A stretch of DNA of 21,588 nt, taken from the IMG/VR virus record IMGVR_UViG_3300046059_000013. One strand, given 5' to 3'. The translations under genes and the position numbers were made by a program. This stretch comes from a virus. The notes beneath the pieces were generated by a model that saw only the letters and a program-made list of their open reading frames with translations, was not told where the DNA came from and ran no database searches. Shown piece after piece: positions 10,070 to 17,496 of the stretch; position 1 is the stretch's first letter; every line of letters starts with the position of its first letter.

Positions 10070-10489
10070 GTGCGGCGGTGGTGGATTGTTCCCGTTTTGT
10101 GCGTGGTGGTAGGGTTGGCGGGGTGTGCCACGGAGACGACCGTTGACGGGGAGGATGTGGTGCGGGGTACGCTTGCGTTGGAGGCGTGGGAGAACCGGGA
10201 TTATGAAACGTACACGGTGGGCTTGTACACGATGCTTGACGAGGAGGTGCGGGACAAGCTTGTGTGGGAGATGCAGTCACGGAGCGCGGAGGAGCCGGGC
10301 ATGTTGGATGGGAATGTGATGGAGTATTATTGCACGGGGGAGGGGTTTGAGGTGTTCTTTGCGTTCCAGGAGAGGGAGATGGTGCGGGCTGTGTGGTTCC
10401 CGTGTAATTCGGGGGACCATTCGATCAGCGTGTTCGTGGGGGAGGGTGGGGAGGCGTGGTTTGACCCGGTTCGGCGGGAGCCTCGTTGA
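10070..10489 (+). CDS. putative lipoprotein
   Basis: GGAGGT RBS; MRRWWIVPVLCVVVG-LAGC lipobox; acidic mature part. Confidence 0.7.
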   Translation: MRRWWIVPVLCVVVGLAGCATETTVDGEDVVRGTLALEAWENRDYETYTVGLYTMLDEEVRDKLVWEMQSRSAEEPGMLDGNVMEYYCTGEGFEVFFAFQEREMVRAVWFPCNSGDHSISVFVGEGGEAWFDPVRREPR

Positions 10490-10560
10490 CGGTGGTGCGA
10501 AGTGTTGAAGTGGGAGTGCAAAATTGAGGGTTTGACATGCTTGTTAAGAGCGCTGGAGAC

Positions 10561-10695
10561 ATGGTTGCGGTGGTTTGTCCTGTGTGCTATGGTGACCGCG
10601 TTACGGAACCCGGGTGCTACAAGTGCAACGGGGGCGTCGTCGAGGCGGAGCTAGCGCGACCCGTCGAAATCGACGAAGAAACGGGGAACGACTGA
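10561..10695 (+). CDS. 44-aa CxxCxG zinc-finger micro-protein
   Basis: MVAVVCPVCYG...CYKCNGG. Confidence 0.6.
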   Translation: MVAVVCPVCYGDRVTEPGCYKCNGGVVEAELARPVEIDEETGND

Positions 10696-10726
10696 ACGAC
10701 CAAGGAATAGGCAAGGAGGATTAAGA

Positions 10727-10960
10727 ATGGATTCAACGCACAGAGTGAACGTGTACTCAGACGACGAGCCAGGTGACGATAGGCGCAAGTACGAGGTTGT
10801 AGTCAAGGCGAGCGACAAAGGAACCGGCTGGGTCAAGCTCAGAGTGAAGGACTGGTACTCGAAGGAGGAGCTGCTGGACACGGGAACCATTCCTGTTGGC
10901 CATGCGAAGCGGATTCACAAGGCTCTGGGTGAGGCCATCAACAACGCGGGGAGGTTCTAA
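10727..10960 (+). CDS. hypothetical protein
   Basis: AAGGAGG RBS. Confidence 0.8.
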   Translation: MDSTHRVNVYSDDEPGDDRRKYEVVVKASDKGTGWVKLRVKDWYSKEELLDTGTIPVGHAKRIHKALGEAINNAGRF

Positions 10961-10995
10961 TCTTGAGCGTTGACGAGGCGGTTGCGGTTCTTGTA

Positions 10996-11220
10996 ATGGT
11001 GGACCCGGAGCGGGAGCTTGAGTCTAGCGTTGAGGTGTACCGGGAAAGCGAGACACAGGACCAGGAGCCTCACCCGGTCGAGCTTGCCAAGCACTTGCGC
11101 AACGGGATTGAAAGTGATTTCCCGGACCGTTGCCTGTAGGGCGTGCTTGTGAACGAGGAGGCAAAGGATCTGCAAGCGGAAGCGTTGAGGGAGGAAATGG
11201 AGAGTTGGGTAGAACGATGA
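10996..11220 (+). pseudogene. hypothetical ORF interrupted by in-frame TAG at 11137
   Basis: MVDPERELES..FPDRCL*GVLVNEEAKDLQAEALREEMESWVER*; final TGA overlaps next ATG. Confidence 0.45.
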
Positions 11221-11585
11221 GTAGTGATGCGGAGTTCCCGATGCACGAGAGGCTGGAGGAGAGCAAGAGAGAAGCGGAAGCCATCGAGCGGTTCGTGAGG
11301 TGGCTTCGCGAGGAGACGGACCTCGTGCTCGCGATTCGGAACTGGAAGCTCAACAGCATCACGGGCAGATTCGAGCGGGACCCCATCCAAGGCCCGCCCG
11401 ACGACGAGCGGGACCAGCTTCGACCCGGCGAGGCGTGGAGCGCCGACCACAAGCTGGTGGAGACCCCGGCGAGCCCGAGCGAGATTATCGCCCGGTACCT
11501 CGGCATCGGCCCGGGCGAGTTCCACGCGGAGAAGAGGCAACTGCTCGAACAACTGCGACAGAAGAGAGCGGAAGAGGAGGTTTGA
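11217..11585 (+). CDS. hypothetical protein
   Basis: ATG 11217 (MSSDAEFPMHERL); IIARYLGI motif. Confidence 0.75.
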   Translation: MSSDAEFPMHERLEESKREAEAIERFVRWLREETDLVLAIRNWKLNSITGRFERDPIQGPPDDERDQLRPGEAWSADHKLVETPASPSEIIARYLGIGPGEFHAEKRQLLEQLRQKRAEEEV

Positions 11586-11669
11586 GAACATGTCGAACGA
11601 GCAACGTCTCGACACGGAGAACGCTGCGAAGAACGCCAAGAAGAGAGAAGAAAAAGGAAGAGTGTAACC

Positions 11670-12113
11670 ATGAGCGACGACAACTATGCGTACGAGTATG
11701 AGGGAAATAGCGATGCAAACTTGGACCGCGTGTTCGGTGAAGGCGTGGAGGTGCTCTGGAACGGGGAAGGCGTAACCGAGCACCCCAAGCACGTGGATCG
11801 GAACGCGGCTGGATTGTTCGAGTGCCTGGACGTGAATCGGGACGTGCTCGGCGCGGTTGACAGCACGGTCAAGCACGGGGAGCCCACGGACCTCCGGGAG
11901 GCGGCTGTTCGGGCGGAGCAAATGCGGCGGTTGTTCCAGGCGAGCCTAGAGATGCAGCAGGCGCTCGAAGCCATGATTCGGGAGTTCGGTTGCCGCGACC
12001 CTGATTGTGCAACGTGTGGCCAGGCCAGGGACGCGCTCCCGGACCTTGATGTGGATGCCGATGTCTTGTTTCCGTGGCTCATGGGAGAGCAGTTCCGCGA
12101 GTGGAGCCTATGA
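11670..12113 (+). CDS. hypothetical acidic protein with CRDPDCATC motif
   Basis: ORF with purine-rich RBS. Confidence 0.8.
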   Translation: MSDDNYAYEYEGNSDANLDRVFGEGVEVLWNGEGVTEHPKHVDRNAAGLFECLDVNRDVLGAVDSTVKHGEPTDLREAAVRAEQMRRLFQASLEMQQALEAMIREFGCRDPDCATCGQARDALPDLDVDADVLFPWLMGEQFREWSL

Positions 12114-12158
12114 TTCCGCGACCACGTGAGGAAGAGGAGGAGGAAGAGGGAGAGAATC

Positions 12159-12518
12159 ATGGTTGTTCCTGATGACGTTCAAGGAAAGCCGGTGCACACC
12201 GGCACGGGCGTTGTGCATCGTCTCGGCGCGAGCGGGATGGCGCAGCGGTGCCGTCACGATTATCGGGAGCGTTTCGGGCGCTACCAACCGCTAACCGGTG
12301 ACCTGGTGGAGAGACTGTTGCGGGTGGACGTGTTGCCGGAGCGGTGTGCCCGTTGCTTCCCGGATGCGGTGGAGCGGTTCGTGGTGCCTGTGAGCGTGCA
12401 GGATTTGGCCGTGTTGCCGAAGGCGCACGCGGTGAACCTGGTCGTGGACGAGCTGGGACTCGCGGAGCGGGATGCGGAGAACATTGTGGACAAGCACTTT
12501 GAGGTCAACAAACCTTAG
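12159..12518 (+). CDS. hypothetical His/Cys metal-binding protein
   Basis: VVH...C...CARCFP. Confidence 0.7.
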   Translation: MVVPDDVQGKPVHTGTGVVHRLGASGMAQRCRHDYRERFGRYQPLTGDLVERLLRVDVLPERCARCFPDAVERFVVPVSVQDLAVLPKAHAVNLVVDELGLAERDAENIVDKHFEVNKP

Positions 12519-12536
12519 CCGAAGACGAGCAAACCG

Positions 12537-12758
12537 GTGCGGCCCTTTTTCACCGACCTTAGCACGAGGCCGGCTCACGTTGAAGTGGTGCGCTTGGTTG
12601 GTGCACACCAGGTGCGGCAAATTGTTATCGAGAAGATTGAGGAGCGCACGTTGGAGAGCACCATGGAAGGTGAGTCGTTTCTGTTCGAGGATGCGCTTGG
12701 TGATGTGGCGGAGAGCGTGGAAATCTTGGACATGGCTAATGAGAGTCAACTGGACTGA
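12537..12758 (+). CDS. hypothetical acidic protein
   Basis: protein-like composition; start uncertain. Confidence 0.5.
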   Translation: MRPFFTDLSTRPAHVEVVRLVGAHQVRQIVIEKIEERTLESTMEGESFLFEDALGDVAESVEILDMANESQLD

Positions 12759-12804
12759 CTTGGTGTAGTGAGTCAACTAGGTTGACTTACTGTAGTGATT
12801 CAAC
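12743..12804. promoter_or_regulatory. 27-bp tandem repeat with internal dyad (operator-like)
   Basis: GAGTCAACTGGACTGACTTGGTGTAGT / GAGTCAACTAGGTTGACTTACTGTAGT / GATTCAAC; copy 2 contains perfect AGTCAAC-N3-GTTGACT. Confidence 0.7.
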
Positions 12805-12874
12805 ATTGGTCGAACCGTGGAGCTTCGGCGTGTAGGCCTGTTGGGACTGCACGCCCGGCCCCATGGTTCGGGGG

Positions 12875-12910
12875 GCCCGGCGCCGTGAAGCGGCGTCGGG
12901 CTTTTACTTT
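12875..12910 (+). terminator. intrinsic terminator-like hairpin
   Basis: GCCCGGCGCCG-TGAAG-CGGCGTCGGGC (11 bp, one G-U) followed by TTTTACTTT. Confidence 0.7.
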
Positions 12911-12968
12911 CACGACCCTGCAAAGGGTTGAAGCGTTACGGCAAGGTTTCTACCATGGAGGAAAGAAG

Positions 12969-13364
12969 ATGACAACGCAAGAAAAGACTACGGAAGCAAG
13001 CGACGCGAGCAAGGCGCCGACAACCAGCATCGAAGACCGCATCCGCGCACTCCTCCACGAAGACGTGGAGGACCTCTGCGCCGGGCGCAACGCCAAGGAA
13101 AAGGCATGGCGCTGGTGGCTGCTGCGAGAACTGCGAAAGCTGCTTGAAACAGCCGAGGACGAGGCCAGCGATTGGGTGTTCAAGCGATGCAAGCCGGGCA
13201 AGGTCATCGAGCTGCCGAATGGCCAGCACGTGAAGTATAACCACATCGAGTCTTCGTACCTGGACTATTCCGAGGCGAAGGAGCGTCTGGGGGAGGAGTG
13301 GAAGGAGTGCTGGGCGGACAGCGAGTACAATCGACTGCAAGAGGTAAGCGGTGAGGACTCGTGA
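12969..13364 (+). CDS. hypothetical phage protein
   Basis: GGAGG then ATG 12969; C-terminal LD...KE.L.E.W..C...SEY.RL pattern. Confidence 0.8.
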   Translation: MTTQEKTTEASDASKAPTTSIEDRIRALLHEDVEDLCAGRNAKEKAWRWWLLRELRKLLETAEDEASDWVFKRCKPGKVIELPNGQHVKYNHIESSYLDYSEAKERLGEEWKECWADSEYNRLQEVSGEDS

Positions 13365-13396
13365 ACGACCAAAAAGCACAAAGCCTCTAGAACACC

Positions 13397-13570
13397 ATGC
13401 GCGCTCTCACCAACAGCCTAAGCAAAGGGATGACCGTCATCCAGAACCTGCTAGAGCAGGACGAGGTTGACCTTCCCGCGCACGCAGAGGAAGAGTTTGA
13501 AACCTGGCTGGACGAAAGCAGGAACCAATTAGAATGCATGAGGACGACGCTAAACGAGGGCGAGGAATAG
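13397..13570 (+). CDS. small hypothetical protein
   Basis: 57 aa filling the gap before the helicase; an upstream in-frame GTG at 13361 is cut off by a TAG. Confidence 0.55.
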   Translation: MRALTNSLSKGMTVIQNLLEQDEVDLPAHAEEEFETWLDESRNQLECMRTTLNEGEE

Positions 13571-13574
13571 CACG

Positions 13575-16271
13575 ATGAAGGGAGCGAACATTCACAGCGT
13601 GCGCGACGACAAGCTCGATTGGGAGCCCACCAGCGAGCAAGACCACATTTTTCGCGCTATCGCGGACACGACGGACCACGTGTTCGTGCAAGCAAGAGCT
13701 GGTACTGGGAAGAGCACTACAGCCGCCGAAGCCATGCAACGCCTTCCAGGCAGCAACCGCGTGATGTACACCGCGTACAACCGGCACATTCGCGACGAGT
13801 TTGAGGACACCACGCAACCCCCATATGCGCCTAATGACGTGGATGTGAAGACCCTGCACCAGCACGGGCTCGGCGCCGTGTACTGGAAGCACGGGGACGA
13901 GGTCGAAGTGGACGACGAGAACGAAAAGCCGTGGGAGGTGCTTGGCAGCTTCTTCAAAGAGCGCGTGCTCAAGCGCAAGTTCGGCGTCATGAAAACCGCC
14001 GTCAAGCGATGCAAAAGCGACCTGGCCCAAGACAAGGAAGAGGTCGAGGAGGTGCTCTGGCGGTACAACCTTGCCATGGACCTTGACCCGCACGACGGAG
14101 AGGTCGTCGAGGAGATGCCTAACATCCTCGACATGATGGCAGACATGGAGACGTGGGTCACCTTCTCCGACATGGTGTGGCTCCCCGTTCGACACGACTA
14201 TTCGCTAAAGAACTACGACACCGTCTTCGTGGACGAGATGCAGGATCTCTCCCGTTGCCAACGGGAGCTAGTCATGTCTACCGTGCGTAGCGGGCGTATC
14301 ATCGGCCTAGGTGACCCACACCAATGCATCCCTGAAGGTGAGGAGGTTCTGACACCAGATGGATACGTCCCTATCGAGAGCCTCTCCGAGGGCGACAAGG
14401 TAGTTACTGCGTCTGGCAAATCAGAAACGGTACCTATGCCGGTTAACCATGTTGCCAGTAGGGAAGTCCGTGAAGACGAAACCGTCTACGAGTTCAAGAC
14501 CGAAAGTGGGCACTCGTTCCGATGCACTAGCAACCACCAACTATTCGCGCGCCTGAAGCGTGGGTCTGAATCCTACGAAGGTGACTATCACTTCACCTAC
14601 GTCATGAGCGATGGCGGGGGCAACTATAGAATCGGTATAAGCGAGCACCCCGCCCACAGGCTCGGTATCGAGGATGGCGCCGAGTGGATGCAGTTGGTTG
14701 ATGCCAGTAAGTCGAAGCTGGGTGCGATGGAGGCCGAGGACGTACTCTCTTGCCGGTATGGTATCCCACAGCTACCCTTCAAATCTCGCGGCAAGATGGA
14801 CCAGGGCCGAATAGATAGAGTGTTCGATAGACTTGACACGGAATCCGGCTATCGGAAACTCTGCCAAGACCTCGGGCTGGAGCCAAACACCTGGAATCTG
14901 CACAGAGAAGGTGGTGGTAGTAACCGGGTTAAGGTGCATATCAATATGAAGGCTGGCCACCCAGAATACGGTGACCACCTCAGTAAACGAGTACGTGCGG
15001 AAACCAGCATCCCAGAAGCTATTGAAGTCCTCGAAAACATCGACGAAATCCATAGCGGAGCAGCGAGGAGGGGTGGTCGGCGATTCCGAAAGCAGAGTAA
15101 GCACTACCAGAAGATTAAGAAGATAGCCAAGAAGTGCGTAATGGCACTTCGGGAAGCAGGAATCAACGCAATCCTTGAGGAGTCAGCAGCGTTAGCCACT
15201 TGGAGGGAGGGTAGAAGTCAAAAGGTGAAGAAGCTCAACGCAACCAAAGTCGTACCAGGCATGTTCGTTCCTGTGCATGATGATGGTAAGGTCCAATATG
15301 AGAAGGTTGAAGAGAGGCATGTAGTTGAAGAAACAGGGACCGTATATGATTTAGAGGTAGACCTCAACCACAATTACTTCGTGGGTGGGGTGTGCGTGAG
15401 TAACTCGATATACCAATGGCGAGGCGCTGACTCCCAATCTATGAGCAACTTCAAGGACCTGCTTAAAACTAGCCAAAGGGATGTCACGGACCTTTCCCTC
15501 ACGACCACGTTCCGTTGCCCGCGCCGGGTTGTCAAGCTCGCTAGAACCATCGTGCCCGACTACGACGCCTGGAACCAGGCGGGCGAGGGCGTTGTGGACG
15601 AGATGGGCCGCATGATGCTTCCCGAGAACGCCAGGCCCGGGGACTTGGTGTTGAGTCGCAGGAACGCGCCGCTCACCGGGCTCGCGTACGACCTCATCAT
15701 GGACGAGCAACCCGCCGTGGTGCAGGGCCGCTCGCTGCAAAGCGGCCTGGAGCGCATCGTTGAGCGCGCCGTGCCCGTGCAGGGCGGGCGCAACAACATG
15801 GGCGTGAGCGTGGGCGAGATGCTGGACGGGATGCGAGCCTGGCGCAAGAAGCGCGTGCGCAAGCTGGAGAACCGGGGCAAGGAGAGCGCTGTGCAGGCTC
15901 TCATGGACCGTACGCGGTGCGTGAGCACGCTCGCCAGCAAGCTGGACGATGGGAGCACGGCGCAGGATGTGGTGAACGTGATTGACCGCATCTATGGGGA
16001 CGTGGTGGACAGCGACGGTGGGTTCGACCGGGATCGCGTGATCGTGTTGTCGACGGTTCACTCTGCGAAGGGGGCGGAGGCGGGGCACGTGTACCTTGCT
16101 GATACTGCGTGGTTTGACGAGTTGAGCAGTGGCGCGATGAGTCCGAGTGTGCTGCCGGAGGAGGAGCAGAACATCTTGTACGTTGCTGTCACGCGCGCGA
16201 TGGAGCGGTTGACGTTCCTGGGGGGTCCGCCCAGCGTGCTTCGGGAGCCCTATGAGGAGGTTGCCGAGTGA
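13575..16271 (+). CDS. UvrD/Rep-like superfamily 1 helicase, intein-containing
   Basis: ARAGTGKST (I), AYNRHI (Ia), KTLH, VFVDEMQD (II), GDPHQ/SIYQWRGA (III), TFRCP (IV), STVHSAKGAE (V), YVAVTRA (VI). Confidence 0.95.
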   Translation: MKGANIHSVRDDKLDWEPTSEQDHIFRAIADTTDHVFVQARAGTGKSTTAAEAMQRLPGSNRVMYTAYNRHIRDEFEDTTQPPYAPNDVDVKTLHQHGLGAVYWKHGDEVEVDDENEKPWEVLGSFFKERVLKRKFGVMKTAVKRCKSDLAQDKEEVEEVLWRYNLAMDLDPHDGEVVEEMPNILDMMADMETWVTFSDMVWLPVRHDYSLKNYDTVFVDEMQDLSRCQRELVMSTVRSGRIIGLGDPHQCIPEGEEVLTPDGYVPIESLSEGDKVVTASGKSETVPMPVNHVASREVREDETVYEFKTESGHSFRCTSNHQLFARLKRGSESYEGDYHFTYVMSDGGGNYRIGISEHPAHRLGIEDGAEWMQLVDASKSKLGAMEAEDVLSCRYGIPQLPFKSRGKMDQGRIDRVFDRLDTESGYRKLCQDLGLEPNTWNLHREGGGSNRVKVHINMKAGHPEYGDHLSKRVRAETSIPEAIEVLENIDEIHSGAARRGGRRFRKQSKHYQKIKKIAKKCVMALREAGINAILEESAALATWREGRSQKVKKLNATKVVPGMFVPVHDDGKVQYEKVEERHVVEETGTVYDLEVDLNHNYFVGGVCVSNSIYQWRGADSQSMSNFKDLLKTSQRDVTDLSLTTTFRCPRRVVKLARTIVPDYDAWNQAGEGVVDEMGRMMLPENARPGDLVLSRRNAPLTGLAYDLIMDEQPAVVQGRSLQSGLERIVERAVPVQGGRNNMGVSVGEMLDGMRAWRKKRVRKLENRGKESAVQALMDRTRCVSTLASKLDDGSTAQDVVNVIDRIYGDVVDSDGGFDRDRVIVLSTVHSAKGAEAGHVYLADTAWFDELSSGAMSPSVLPEEEQNILYVAVTRAMERLTFLGGPPSVLREPYEEVAE
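14325..15404 (+). mobile_element. 360-aa intein in helicase motif III
   Basis: starts CIPEGEEVLTPDG, block B CTSNHQL, block F VYDLEV..NHNYFV, ends VSN before +1 Ser; removal restores GDPHQSIYQWRGA. Confidence 0.95.
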
Positions 16272-16495
16272 TGGGGTACGAGCGTATGGTGTTGGAGTGT
16301 GGTGGTACGGAGGTGGAGGTGTTTGTTGGCCGGGTGTATCGGGTGCGGACGAGGACGGTGAATGATGAGGTGAGGTTTGAGGCTCGCTTGATGGGGTTGG
16401 GGTTTTCGGATATGGGGAATCCTTTATTAGAGTTCAGTAATGGGGTTAGGTTGGCGTGTCCTGAGAATAGTTGGATTGAAGAGGTGGAATCATGA
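16268..16495 (+). CDS. hypothetical beta-rich protein
   Basis: overlaps both neighbours. Confidence 0.65.
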   Translation: MMGYERMVLECGGTEVEVFVGRVYRVRTRTVNDEVRFEARLMGLGFSDMGNPLLEFSNGVRLACPENSWIEEVES

Positions 16496-16668
16496 GCGAG
16501 AACGACGCACCGCGAAGCACCAAGGGTAAGTGGAAGAAGAGGATGCACTTGATCTGGAATCAAATGCACCATGACTTTGAAATCCTAAACGGGGAGAAGA
16601 CAGACGACATAATGGCTGATTGGCCCCCCGTGCTCGGTGCAGAAGAAGAGGAGGAGAATCATGGCTAA
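16492..16668 (+). CDS. 58-aa hypothetical protein
   Basis: GAGGTG RBS, ATGA overlap, stop overlaps next start. Confidence 0.6.
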   Translation: MSENDAPRSTKGKWKKRMHLIWNQMHHDFEILNGEKTDDIMADWPPVLGAEEEEENHG

Positions 16669-16909
16669 GACGCAAGTCTACGTTGCCGTCGCGTACAACC
16701 CGCAGGACCTTACGAAGGCGGAACTGATTCACAGCGTGCAGAACCCGGAAGTGCCCGTTTTGTTCACGAGCGTGGACAAGGCCAAGGAGGAAGTGTCCAA
16801 GTTGATGGAGGGGCACCCGAGTATTGAGTGGGCGGTGATTCCTCTCACGGAGGTGCCGGAAAGTGTGGCGCAACAGGCGGTGGCGCAAGGGAAACCGGTA
16901 GGCGACTAG
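16661..16909 (+). CDS. hypothetical protein
   Basis: GAGGAG RBS, ATG 16661 (MAKTQVYVAV). Confidence 0.8.
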   Translation: MAKTQVYVAVAYNPQDLTKAELIHSVQNPEVPVLFTSVDKAKEEVSKLMEGHPSIEWAVIPLTEVPESVAQQAVAQGKPVGD

Positions 16910-16952
16910 GAGTCCGAGGGTTTGATAAGTTTGAACGTTGTGGGGTTGAGGC

Positions 16953-17210
16953 GTGCCCGAGCGCTCCTCGAAACCGGACAACCTCCCCGACGAACCCAAC
17001 GAGGAGACACCCCGATGCTCCTCCTGCGACAAGATGACGCGCTGGACGGTTGACTGGAACAACAAGCACGTGCAAGTGTCCTGCGATTGCGGAATGGAAC
17101 GCACGCGGTGGGAGGACATCGAGGACTACGACCGCACGATTCGCCTCTGCAAGCTCACGCAAAAATGGGAGCGCTTCTTGAAGGCACACAAGATTTGGAG
17201 CGACTACTAA
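16953..17210 (+). CDS. zinc-ribbon protein
   Basis: CSSC...CDCG. Confidence 0.7.
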   Translation: MPERSSKPDNLPDEPNEETPRCSSCDKMTRWTVDWNNKHVQVSCDCGMERTRWEDIEDYDRTIRLCKLTQKWERFLKAHKIWSDY

Positions 17211-17222
17211 GGTGAAATAGTC

Positions 17223-17492
17223 ATGAGTGATTTGACGGTTTACACGTTCGAGGACGAGGAAGGAAACCCGGTTATCAACCAGCACGAACTAGCTAGTGGT
17301 GACGACATGGTGACCGAACCCCTTCGCCTGTTCAATTTTGACGACGCCGAGGAATTCGCACGGCGCAACGGGCTCGCTATCGTCCGCCACGAGTACCGGG
17401 AAGTCAAAGAGGAGCACAGCGAGAACTACCTTGACGCTTCCAATCCTCGCTCCCAGCTAGAGCGGGACACGTGGCTCCGCATTAAGGAGTAG
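17223..17492 (+). CDS. hypothetical acidic protein
   Basis: AGGTGA RBS. Confidence 0.8.
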   Translation: MSDLTVYTFEDEEGNPVINQHELASGDDMVTEPLRLFNFDDAEEFARRNGLAIVRHEYREVKEEHSENYLDASNPRSQLERDTWLRIKE

Positions 17493-17496
17493 GCTT

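Noticed and set aside
12755-12783. Sigma70 promoter CTGACT-17-TAGGTT and other TTGACA hexamers
   Set aside because: Weak or absent -10 boxes and the host domain is unresolved
12743-12804. CRISPR mini-array
   Set aside because: Repeats are directly adjacent with no spacers; no cas genes
12795-12968. N-terminal extension of ORF 12795-13364
   Set aside because: Runs through the hairpins and terminator; ATG 12969 has a clear GGAGG RBS
10996-13400. Amber recoding suggested by two in-frame TAGs
   Set aside because: TAG ends several genes just before the next start (9598, 13570, 17492) and the long genes have no internal TAG
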